In this document: positions 26,260 to 34,460 of the stretch, in pieces
Numbering within the stretch: the first letter of the stretch is position 1
How the letters are laid out: each line of letters starts with the position of its first letter
Virus record (IMG/VR): IMGVR_UViG_3300045988_183931
Span: 6,965 to 70,964 of that record
DNA from: a virus
Strand: one strand, 5' to 3'
DNA length: 64,000 bases
Notes under the pieces: generated by a model
The model's database searches: none
What the model saw: only the letters and a program-made list of their open reading frames with translations
What the model was told of the DNA's origin: nothing
Made by a program: the position numbers and the translations under genes

Positions 26260-27610
26260 TGTGGTGATGAAGTCCCGCAATGTTGAATCGTTCAACAACC
26301 TCCTCCCTGTTACATCTGTCACATCAGAGAAATCAAAGGCAGTTGCCAGTCGGAACGGATATATGGCGCCCTATACAGCCGATGAACTGCGGAAGAAGTT
26401 TCATCTAACCGACGACATCATTGAGAACCTCTACTACGGCTGCGGCTTTACCCCGTTTTATTACTGGGATAAGGATAAGGTCATATTCCCCTGCAACAGT
26501 CTTACAATGGCAGCCGACGGTGAAGATAAAACGCCTGAAATCCGAGGGGCTGTTGAGCAACTGAAGGAGAAAATTGCCTCCGGCAACTGTAACTTCATCA
26601 TCACGGCACTCAACGACCGGATGCGGATAGAGTATCTGAAGAAACTCGTTGATGAGGGCTTTGATGGTGCTTACAAACTGTTCTACAATGTCTACCCCTT
26701 TTCCGATTACGGATGCTCCGCACTCGGACGGGATGGTATACTGAAGCTCAAAAGCATGAAAACGCCGGAACAGGTTCAGGCAACGGAGAAGGGGCTCAGG
26801 AAGTATCCTGACACACTGACGGTTTACCGTGGCGCCGGCGATGAAAGCGCAAGTCTGGAGGAAGCGTTCTCTTGGACGCTGGACCCTGCCGTAGCCGTGT
26901 TCTTCGCCACGCGCTTTCCGTCTGACCATGCAAAGGTATATCGGGCTACAGTCGAAAAAGCCTCTGTCATTGAGTATTTCGAAGGCGTGGAGGCTGAAGT
27001 TATTGTATCTCCCGATGACATCAAGGAGGTTGAAGACTTCCCCTTCTATGGTATCGACTGGCTCAACGAGGCAGCGGATGACGGTGCGATAGACGACTTC
27101 TGGCTCTATCAGAAGACTGCTGACTATGACGCCGTTCCATTCCAGATGGCAGGCAAACTGCATGGAAAGGCTCACGCTGGCCGTGTCCTATTCATGTGTA
27201 TGCTGCTGGCATATATGAAGGGTCTGGACTTGGAAGACAAGGAAATTCTGATTGAGGCTGCACTGTATCACGACACAGGCAGGCGTAGCGATTCCGAGGA
27301 TAATACCCACGGTGGCGAGAGCGCAAGGATGCTGCAGGAAGCATATCCTGATACGGACCCCATCACTCTGTTTCTGATGGAGTATCACTGCCGCCCCGAT
27401 AAGGAAGGCTACGACTTCATCTCGGAACACTGGAGGGATAGGCAGGATGCGCTGCGCGTCAAAGCACTCTTTGATATTTTCAAAGACGCTGATGGGCTTG
27501 ACCGCGTTCGGCTCGGCAATTATGAGCTGGATATGTTCCAGCTCCGTACCGAAGAAGCTCGCAAGTTGCCGCAAATCGCAAAAATAACTGAAGAGCAACT
27601 CAAATTCTAA
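26246..27610 (+). CDS. Fusion protein: ADP-ribosyltransferase-like domain plus C-terminal HD domain
   Basis: 454 aa from ATG 26246, with RBS GAAGGAGA. An R-S-E-type triad is spelled by TVYRG / FSWTLD / EAEVIV. The HD signature is HGKAH...ALYHDTGR...D. Confidence 0.5.
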   Translation: MNITDVVMKSRNVESFNNLLPVTSVTSEKSKAVASRNGYMAPYTADELRKKFHLTDDIIENLYYGCGFTPFYYWDKDKVIFPCNSLTMAADGEDKTPEIRGAVEQLKEKIASGNCNFIITALNDRMRIEYLKKLVDEGFDGAYKLFYNVYPFSDYGCSALGRDGILKLKSMKTPEQVQATEKGLRKYPDTLTVYRGAGDESASLEEAFSWTLDPAVAVFFATRFPSDHAKVYRATVEKASVIEYFEGVEAEVIVSPDDIKEVEDFPFYGIDWLNEAADDGAIDDFWLYQKTADYDAVPFQMAGKLHGKAHAGRVLFMCMLLAYMKGLDLEDKEILIEAALYHDTGRRSDSEDNTHGGESARMLQEAYPDTDPITLFLMEYHCRPDKEGYDFISEHWRDRQDALRVKALFDIFKDADGLDRVRLGNYELDMFQLRTEEARKLPQIAKITEEQLKF

Positions 27611-27612
27611 AC

Positions 27613-27646
27613 ACAAAAGCACCTCTCTCTTGAGAGGTGCTTTTTG
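27613..27646. terminator. Bidirectional terminator between convergent units
   Basis: GCACCUCUC-UCUU-GAGAGGUGC flanked by an A-run and a U-run. Confidence 0.7.
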
Positions 27647-27743
27647 CTTATTTTTCAAGGTTGCAACCAACTTGCGACAAACCAAACTAAATTTCAAGGA
27701 AAAAGCTAAGAGATTGGGTGAATAAGCAAAGAGATAAGCAAAC

Positions 27744-27953
27744 TCAAGTTTGCGTTTTCTTTGCAGCTCCGAGAGGTTCAATGAAGCGAGTTGCCCAGTC
27801 TTCCTTACCACAGCGCGGACAAGGGCGGTGCCAATCGTACATAAGATGGCCGTCAACATCAACCTTGTCAGTTAAGGGAGCAGTCTGCCCGCAGGCACTG
27901 CAAAACACGACGTATTTGAGAATTCCGGAACTGTTCTTCTTTACCGCAGACAT
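27744..27953 (-). CDS. Small zinc-ribbon protein
   Basis: 69 aa with CSACG ... CPRCG. Its ATG directly abuts the upstream stop (TAAATG). RBS GAGGTGAGGTG. Confidence 0.6.
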   Translation of the reverse strand: MSAVKKNSSGILKYVVFCSACGQTAPLTDKVDVDGHLMYDWHRPCPRCGKEDWATRFIEPLGAAKKTQT

Positions 27954-30143
27954 TTACACCTCACCTCTTTCCGCTTTCTCAGCAAACCATTTTAAGAATC
28001 TCGATACATTGCGGGAATGGAGGCTATGGACATCTTCGGCGAGCTTCCATTCTGACAGGTCTACCATCCAAGAAGGGTACTTCTCCGTAAAGCCGGGGCA
28101 AGAGCGGTCAAGGTGCTCTTTCTCGGATGCCTCGCGCTGGCGGATGTGCTGCAGTGCCACATTCAGGTACTTGATACCGTAGGCGTAATCCACGCACTTA
28201 CCGCCGATAATCCATCCACCGAGGTTCTTGGTATTGATGGCGTAAGTCAGCCACTCGGAGTTCATAAAAGCGAGGTTGATATATTCGTCGCGGAACACCT
28301 CGAAGTTGGAACGGGCGCATTTCTTGCCCTCGTCAGCATACCAACGGCGGTTTATGGACTCGCCTTTCTCCACAGATACGAAGAAATGCGGCTTAGTCTC
28401 CATAACGGTTTCGATGATTTCAGCGTCATCGCCGAGATTACTGCCATCGCCATATGTGGAGTAGCGAATGCCATTAAAGAGATAATAGGTGCGCTGCTCC
28501 GGTGCGTCATACTCCACCAGATTGATGGGATAGATGGCGCAGTCATCAACGGAACAGTCATGGGTACGGTTGCGGTCTCCCCTGCCACGGTCATTCCAGT
28601 AAGGCCTATACCTGTATTCTCTCCCCGGAGTCAAAGAAAGGACGGTCAAGATACTATCACCTTTCTTTGCATCAGGCTTATTGCATCGCTTCACGATGTC
28701 TACAAAGCTGCCATAACGGTTGTCGGTCAACCAGCGGTCAGCCATGGAAAACACGACATATTCGGAGGACTTGGAGATTTTGACACCATCCGGCAGAGAA
28801 AGGATGTTGGAGCTATCCACCACACCCTGCAGGATATTGAACAGGAAAATTCTGGAAACCATTTCCACGACCATACTTCGCGCCTGTGAACGCTCCTCTT
28901 TGACACGCTGCTTCCGCTGGTATTCATCCTCCTGCCCGATATACTCCGTATTGACGCGGAAATCCTTGGGATTTACTTCCATAATGAAGTCATCTGTCAC
29001 ATGGACTTCCTCCGGGTCAGTCCAACCGATATAGACATTTTCTCCGTTTCGGATAATGATACCAATGGTGTTCCCGTGGTAGATATTATAGCTGTCCAGC
29101 ATATTGCTCCACATCTCATGCCCAAAGAAATGTTTGCCGGTCTTGCTGAGACGAACCAGTGCCACGCACTTCTCACTGGGAGCAAAGGTATCCAGCGCAA
29201 CAGGAGACGCTGCGAGAAACTCCTCGAAATACTTCAGCTTGCTTTCTTTCATGTTGTAAATGGAAGCAAGACGCCCCATCTCTTCATCGAGAAAACGGAG
29301 CTTCTGGAACAGGACAACCGGCTCCTTTTCCGGTGCGTTCCGGCCAGTGCGGATACGGGTAAAGTTGATTGTCTCACCCATGTAGCAGCGGATAGCATAA
29401 ATCTGAGATTCCAACAGGTAAATCTGATTGTTCATCATTTCTACCTGTTCCTCCAGAGCCTCGCGTTTGGCGGACAGCTCTGCCATCAGTTTGTCCTTTT
29501 TCTTCTCCAAGGCGGCCATGGCACGCTCGACCTCTTCCTTGAGGGCGCGGAGTTCATCACTGGTTCCGTTCTTGGTATCTTCGATATTGGCTTTGAGGGC
29601 GTTCAGCTCCGCCTCACGGTCGGACAGACCTTCGCGCACCTGAGAGACCGATAGAGACTCAGGCACGGATGCCGGCAGCGTCGATGAAGCGCCGTGCGTT
29701 GCGAGGGCTCGCATCTCGCCCACGGACATTGCGGAATAGTCCTTGACCGGCACATACTCCGCCACCAGAGAGTCCGGCTGGTAGAGAAAGAACCTACGAC
29801 TGCCGAGGCCGACGACCATACCAATGCCCTCATAAATGCTATATACGTTGGCAGGCTGCTCATAGGTCTTACAGTAGTCGATGAACTCAGAAAGGTTCTT
29901 GAGGTAGTCCTCAATGCGTTTCCGCCACCATCTCTCATTGGTGTCACTATTATCTCGCGAGAGACTGGACAGGTCTGTGAGTCCAGAAAAGAGCGTTGCA
30001 TCGTCTCTGTCATTCTCCCTGATAATGTGGGTTTCCTCCTGTCGGGCTTTTTCAAAGCGCCATTCACGGCTTCTCGCCGCCCACTCATTCTTGTATGCCT
30101 CGATGTCATTAAAGCGCACCGTCCCCAATATGGTGTTCTTCAT
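27954..30143 (-). CDS. Large hypothetical protein with a central coiled coil
   Basis: 729 aa with RBS GAGGTGAAAGGA. Heptad-rich segment EAELNALKANIEDTK...EEQVEMMNNQIYLLESQIYAI. No catalytic motif recognised. Confidence 0.65.
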   Translation of the reverse strand: MKNTILGTVRFNDIEAYKNEWAARSREWRFEKARQEETHIIRENDRDDATLFSGLTDLSSLSRDNSDTNERWWRKRIEDYLKNLSEFIDYCKTYEQPANVYSIYEGIGMVVGLGSRRFFLYQPDSLVAEYVPVKDYSAMSVGEMRALATHGASSTLPASVPESLSVSQVREGLSDREAELNALKANIEDTKNGTSDELRALKEEVERAMAALEKKKDKLMAELSAKREALEEQVEMMNNQIYLLESQIYAIRCYMGETINFTRIRTGRNAPEKEPVVLFQKLRFLDEEMGRLASIYNMKESKLKYFEEFLAASPVALDTFAPSEKCVALVRLSKTGKHFFGHEMWSNMLDSYNIYHGNTIGIIIRNGENVYIGWTDPEEVHVTDDFIMEVNPKDFRVNTEYIGQEDEYQRKQRVKEERSQARSMVVEMVSRIFLFNILQGVVDSSNILSLPDGVKISKSSEYVVFSMADRWLTDNRYGSFVDIVKRCNKPDAKKGDSILTVLSLTPGREYRYRPYWNDRGRGDRNRTHDCSVDDCAIYPINLVEYDAPEQRTYYLFNGIRYSTYGDGSNLGDDAEIIETVMETKPHFFVSVEKGESINRRWYADEGKKCARSNFEVFRDEYINLAFMNSEWLTYAINTKNLGGWIIGGKCVDYAYGIKYLNVALQHIRQREASEKEHLDRSCPGFTEKYPSWMVDLSEWKLAEDVHSLHSRNVSRFLKWFAEKAERGEV

Positions 30144-30165
30144 GTCCTTTCACCTCGCCCAAAAT

Positions 30166-30576
30166 TCAAGTTTTACAGTAGCGGATAAAGTCCTGTGCCG
30201 AGAACGGCAGATTATCGTATCCGCAGTCCTTCAAATAACGGGAGACAACAGCAGAACTCATACTGATACGTCCATCTCCCGATGCCTTCATATGCTGTAA
30301 GCAGATGTCAGCATAACCATCTACCACATCAAGGTGTTCCAGACACCACTTCTCAACGCGGCGTTTGCGGGCCGCCAGAGACCGCTGTTCGGGATGCGGC
30401 ATCTTCTTGTAGGTGTATGCCTTTGCCGCCTTCTCGCGGCTCGTGTAGCCGAAACCTTGGGCATCATCCAATACCGCACCAGTCTTGGGCTGTATGACAA
30501 TGTAACGCGGTTCATATTCTGAGGAGAGCTCCCGCGAATATACGACTTTGAAGTAATCAGCCATACAAACAATCAT
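30166..30576 (-). CDS. Hypothetical protein
   Basis: 136 aa from ATG 30576 (MIVCMADYFKV). RBS GGTGGAAGG lies close upstream. ATG 30564 is an alternative start. Confidence 0.5.
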   Translation of the reverse strand: MIVCMADYFKVVYSRELSSEYEPRYIVIQPKTGAVLDDAQGFGYTSREKAAKAYTYKKMPHPEQRSLAARKRRVEKWCLEHLDVVDGYADICLQHMKASGDGRISMSSAVVSRYLKDCGYDNLPFSAQDFIRYCKT

Positions 30577-30599
30577 CGCCCTTCCACCGATTTTGATAC

Positions 30600-30765
30600 T
30601 CAAGCTGTTCCCCAAGGTGCTCTCACCTCGGTGCTGTACCGCCTCTCACGCGGTGTTCAGCCATGGGAAGTTCCTGCTTCTACGACGGAGTTCGTCTCCA
30701 CAGGCGTAAATTCCGGCTGTACCATCCGTACGTCTTTAAGTGTGCAATCATTGCACACTTTCCTT
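30600..30765 (-). ncRNA. omega-RNA-like element, copy C (divergent, no adjacent tnpB, no terminal hairpin)
   Basis: Same 5' hairpin GUGUGCAAUGAUUGCACAC (30758..30740) and GUACGGAUGGUACAGCCGGAAUUUACGCCUGUGGAGA. Stem-loop ACCGC-GUGAGAG-GCGGU is compensatory relative to copies A and B. UUGGGGAAC is conserved. It ends about 25 nt before the start of the 30576 gene. Confidence 0.45.
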
Positions 30766-30803
30766 GGATAATGAGCTTCCTTCGGATATAATCGTCATAC
30801 CGA

Positions 30804-30997
30804 GGTATACAACCCTGTTATTTCGGGGTGGTGTATACCCCTAACCGTGACATATCCTTTACGATAACGGGTATATGCCAGTGTGCAATGAGATGGTATA
30901 GTACCCTGTTTTTTTCTGGGTGGTGTATACCGCCACTCAAATTCAACGTGCGGCATCTTGTGGTATAGTACCCTGCTATTTCTGGGTGGTGTATACC
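30804..30997 (-). repeat. Three tandem imperfect-hairpin repeats (36-37 nt) separated by 55 and 30 nt
   Basis: Repeats at 30804-30839, 30895-30931 and 30962-30997. Consensus on the minus strand: GGUAUACACCACCC-N10-GGGU(NN)UAUACC. The same hairpin type ends copy A (788-821). Confidence 0.7.
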
Positions 30998-31136
30998 CAG
31001 CACAGGTATTCAGTCCCCCAATGCGTTGGTCGTCACCTCTCACGTGACTACCAGCCAACAGAGTATTCCTGCTTCCACGACGACCATGCATCTCCACAGG
31101 CGTTAATTCCGGTTATACCATCCGTACTTGTTTTTT
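30998..31136 (-). ncRNA. omega-RNA-like element, copy B (scaffold abutting the tRNA-Ser 3' end)
   Basis: About 90% identical to copy A over roughly 170 nt including hairpin repeat 3. It starts with an A7 run immediately after the tRNA CCA. It lacks the 5' hairpin. Confidence 0.45.
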
Positions 31137-31224
31137 TGGCGGAGAGAGTGGGAGTCGAACCCACGGATGCTTTCGCATCGCCGGTTTTCAAGACCGGTGC
31201 CTTCAACCACTCGGCCACCTCTCC
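31137..31224 (-). tRNA. tRNA-Ser (anticodon UGA), long variable arm, CCA encoded
   Basis: Starts GGAGAGGUGGCCGAGUGGUUGAAGGCA. Anticodon arm CCGGU-CUUGAAA-ACCGG, variable arm GAUGC-GAAA-GCAUC, T-loop GGUUCGACUCC. Confidence 0.85.
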
Positions 31225-31267
31225 GTATTCCCCGCCGCAGGGAGTGCCTACGGTGGGGTAATTGTTT

Positions 31268-32704
31268 TTACTCGGCTTCGCCCTCAGTGACGGCGGTAGG
31301 CTCAACACTGGGAGCAGATGCGGGAACTGCGACCTTGCCTCCGACAAAGCCGGCCAGCAGGCTCCGCAGGTCGATGCCCAAACCGTTCAGCATACCGTTG
31401 GAAACCTGAGTGGTAGAAGAAACGATGTCCTCAATCAGCTTCGTACTGTTACCCTCGCCGTACATGGTGATGGAATCCACATTAGTGAGAGGCGCGGCCA
31501 CGTTCTTGGCAATTTCGGGCAGTGCGTTCATAATCATCTCGACCACTGCGGCTTCACCGTACTTTTTCATGGCCTCAGCCTTACGGTCGATACCTTCCGC
31601 TTCGGCCAGAGCCTTGGCCTTGATAGCCTCGGCTTCTGCGGCACCGACGGCCTTGATACCTTCGGCAATCTGCTCCTGCTCGAAGCGCTTGGCCTCGGCT
31701 TCCTGCTTGCGGGCGTACAGCTCTGCTTCGGCCTTCTTTTCGGCAGCGTACTTATCGGCATCTGCCTTCTTGCGAATATCAGCATCCAACCGACGCTCCT
31801 GCAGCGTGATTTCACGCTCTGCCAGTTCTGCTTCCTTCTCGCGCTTCGCAATGTCGGCATCGGTAGATGCAATATCGAGGCTCCGGCGCTGCTTCTGTTC
31901 CTCAATCTTATAGGCAGCATCGGCAGCAGCCTTCTTGATGTCGGAGGTTTCCTTCAGCTCGGCCTGCTTCACGGCCAGTTCGGTCTTACGAATAGAAATC
32001 TGTGTATCGGATGCGACCTGAGCCTCGTTCGCCTGACGAGCCGCCTCCGCCTGAGCAATCTGGATATCGCGCTCCGCTTCGGCCTTGGCGATAGAAGCAT
32101 TTTTCTGGATTTGACTCATATTATCCTGACCCAGAGCATTGATAAGGCCCTTCTCGTCGGTCACGCGCTGGATATTACAGGAGATAATCTCGATACCCAA
32201 CGCATTCATGTCAACCTGCGCCTTTGACTGGATTTCATCACCGAATTTCTTACGGTCATTGCAGATTTCCTTGAGCGTTATAGTCCCGATAATCTCTCTC
32301 ATGTTTCCCTGCAGAGAGTCCGAAATCGCCTGCTCAAAGCCACGGGCATCAGTGATGTTCAGGAAGTTCCGCATAGCCAGCTTAATGCCCTCGTCATCTG
32401 TCCTGACACGGACCTTGGCAACGGCATCCACATCAACGCCGATGAAGTCCAGTGTGGGAATGTAGCCATCGGATTTGATGTCCACGGAAATCTGACGGAC
32501 AATTAGCTTATCGACGCGCTCCAGAAACGGAACGCGAACGCCGGCACGACCAATGAGGATTTTGGGCTTCTTGCGAAGACCGGAGATGATATACGCCATA
32601 TCGGGCGGCGCCTTGATATACCCCAAAATACAGATGATGAGGACCGCAATCACGATAATTGCGGGGACGAGAACGGCCTTGTTCCCAAAGAGCAGGTCAA
32701 ACAT
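31268..32704 (-). CDS. Flotillin-family protein (SPFH/Band 7 domain, FloT/YuaG-like)
   Basis: 478 aa. An N-terminal TM helix is followed by an SPFH core and a long Ala/Glu/Lys-rich coiled coil (AEAERDIQIAQAEAARQANEAQ...). Confidence 0.8.
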   Translation of the reverse strand: MFDLLFGNKAVLVPAIIVIAVLIICILGYIKAPPDMAYIISGLRKKPKILIGRAGVRVPFLERVDKLIVRQISVDIKSDGYIPTLDFIGVDVDAVAKVRVRTDDEGIKLAMRNFLNITDARGFEQAISDSLQGNMREIIGTITLKEICNDRKKFGDEIQSKAQVDMNALGIEIISCNIQRVTDEKGLINALGQDNMSQIQKNASIAKAEAERDIQIAQAEAARQANEAQVASDTQISIRKTELAVKQAELKETSDIKKAAADAAYKIEEQKQRRSLDIASTDADIAKREKEAELAEREITLQERRLDADIRKKADADKYAAEKKAEAELYARKQEAEAKRFEQEQIAEGIKAVGAAEAEAIKAKALAEAEGIDRKAEAMKKYGEAAVVEMIMNALPEIAKNVAAPLTNVDSITMYGEGNSTKLIEDIVSSTTQVSNGMLNGLGIDLRSLLAGFVGGKVAVPASAPSVEPTAVTEGEAE

Positions 32705-32731
32705 AGTTCTTTCTCCTTTATTCTTTCTTAT

Positions 32732-33523
32732 TTAGTTTTCAGCGGAGTATTCCGCGTCCGCCCAGTTGAGGCCGGTGCCGTAATCAATCTTGACACCGGG
32801 CTGCACATTATAGCAAAACACACAGAACTCAATGGTATCATCTTCCACAGAAAGGGCTTCCATCAAGACACCGTTCGCTACAAGGTTGTCGCCTTCAAAA
32901 ACGGGAGTCACACGATACAGAACGTGGTTGTTTGTCTCGTGAACATAATCAGCAATCTCGTTCTCAAACGGCAGCATACCAGTTACATTGAGGTAGCGAG
33001 TTCCGGTGATGAGGTTCTTGACATTGGCGTTCTCGCCTGTAAGCTGATAGCCCAGCAGATGACAACGATTGTAGAGGTACTTGCCATCCACGCAGTCGTA
33101 TTTGTTCAGGTGCCAGCCTGACGGCTTCACGGAACCGATAGACCCTCGTTCTTCCGTAGGCATCAGCTCTTGGCACACATTTGCGTAGGCAGTCCCGCAG
33201 CGTCCAAGGTCATCCAACTCGGAAAACAATTCGAACGGCTCTGTGGTCATATCAACTTCTGTAAAGAAAGGAACATTACCGTTTACAACGACATATGGCT
33301 CCCCTTCAAACGGAACAATGTCATCTAACGAAAACCAGCTCTTATAACTCTCCTCGTAGACGTCAGACGCTTCTGTATACGACGGATGGTTGTCGGGGCC
33401 AAGGTTCTCTGTGAGCTGCGGAATGAGCTCTACTCCGAGAAACACAGCAAGGGCAACAAGGAAAGCGAGGAGCCCTCGCAAGGCATTCGTGCCGTTGTTT
33501 TTCTTGTTATTATTCTTTACCAT
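32732..33523 (-). CDS. Membrane-anchored DNA/RNA non-specific endonuclease (NucA/EndA-like DNA-entry nuclease)
   Basis: 263 aa with an N-terminal TM anchor. GRCGTAYA .. YLYNRCHLLGYQLTGENAN.KNLITGTRYLN resembles the NucA/EndA family. Confidence 0.65.
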   Translation of the reverse strand: MVKNNNKKNNGTNALRGLLAFLVALAVFLGVELIPQLTENLGPDNHPSYTEASDVYEESYKSWFSLDDIVPFEGEPYVVVNGNVPFFTEVDMTTEPFELFSELDDLGRCGTAYANVCQELMPTEERGSIGSVKPSGWHLNKYDCVDGKYLYNRCHLLGYQLTGENANVKNLITGTRYLNVTGMLPFENEIADYVHETNNHVLYRVTPVFEGDNLVANGVLMEALSVEDDTIEFCVFCYNVQPGVKIDYGTGLNWADAEYSAEN

Positions 33524-33565
33524 AACGCTTTCCTTTCGAGTCTTTTATGTTTCTATCGTAATTCG

Positions 33566-33594
33566 ACTATAACACGAATATAAAATAATGTCAA
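33566..33594 (-). promoter_or_regulatory. Promoter for the nuclease/flotillin unit
   Basis: Minus strand reads TTGACA, 17 nt, TATAGT, with TG at -16. Confidence 0.55.
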
Positions 33595-33614
33595 GTCTAC
33601 ATGGTGCTTTTCGC

Positions 33615-33642
33615 TTGACATTATGTTCGAATATGGTAATAT
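33615..33642 (+). promoter_or_regulatory. Divergent promoter for the 33.7-37.6 kb unit
   Basis: TTGACA, 16 nt, TAATAT. The spacer contains TTATGTTCGA. Confidence 0.5.
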
Positions 33643-33721
33643 AGAAAATGTAGAAAAGCAAGTCCCGCCACGGTCTTTAGGGAATGTGGCTGTGGCGGGA
33701 ACCTGCCAACGGAGGTATTTT

Positions 33722-33955
33722 ATGCTTGAAAAACTTGTCAATATTTTTGAACGTATCAAAGTTTGGGTATTGACCCTTACCCCCGCACAAATCGCGAGTC
33801 TGCTGATTCTCATTGCCGCACTGTATGCGGCGCGGAAAGTAGTGAAAAAGGGACTGTCTGTTGTATTGACCATTCTGGCTGTTCTGGCCGGACTCTATTT
33901 CCTCGTACCGAACATCTTCTACACTGTTCTCGGTTGGCTCACGAGCATCATTTAA
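33722..33955 (+). CDS. Small membrane protein
   Basis: 77 aa from ATG 33722, with RBS GGAGG. Two TM helices. Confidence 0.55.
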   Translation: MLEKLVNIFERIKVWVLTLTPAQIASLLILIAALYAARKVVKKGLSVVLTILAVLAGLYFLVPNIFYTVLGWLTSII

Positions 33956-34010
33956 CCTACTAAACCCACTGAGGCTATCAACTACGCCTCCACACTGAAA
34001 GGACAAAACT

Positions 34011-34442
34011 ATGAATCACTATGAAACTCTTCGCCTGCTTTGGATTGTAGGCCGAACCGTTGCCACCTGCATACTTCTTGCCTTTATTCTTAAAAAGGCC
34101 AAGTATCCCATTTGGGCGGGGCTTATCCCCGTGTATAACATCATTTGCCTATTCTATTCCGTTTTTGGGAACCTTCGCTATATATGGCTGATGCTCATAC
34201 CGGGTGTAAACCTCATCATGTGGATTATCATATGGGTGAAGTTCATACCTATGCTTGGCGTCGAATATCAAGGTCGCACCAGCTACCACACCCCTAAACT
34301 TTTTATTTGGATGATTTTCTTCCAGCTCATCGTCCTTGCAATTCTGGCTTTTGACGCCACAGAGTACAAGGGCGAATTTCCCGGACCGAACCCATTCTTA
34401 AAAAAACCTGTTTCAGCCAAGGCTGATGAGACTGTAGGTTGA
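34011..34442 (+). CDS. Hypothetical multi-pass membrane protein
   Basis: 143 aa with several hydrophobic helices. Confidence 0.6.
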   Translation: MNHYETLRLLWIVGRTVATCILLAFILKKAKYPIWAGLIPVYNIICLFYSVFGNLRYIWLMLIPGVNLIMWIIIWVKFIPMLGVEYQGRTSYHTPKLFIWMIFFQLIVLAILAFDATEYKGEFPGPNPFLKKPVSAKADETVG

Positions 34443-34460
34443 TAGAATTGGGAGAGTTGT

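Noticed and set aside
30804-30997. Possible CRISPR array (three repeats of about 36 nt with spacers)
   Set aside because: There are only three repeats. The spacers are unequal (55 and 30 nt). The repeats are long imperfect hairpins identical in type to the terminal hairpin of the omega-RNA-like scaffold. One spacer contains a scaffold fragment, and there are no cas genes. It is reported as an IS200/IS605-type hairpin array instead.
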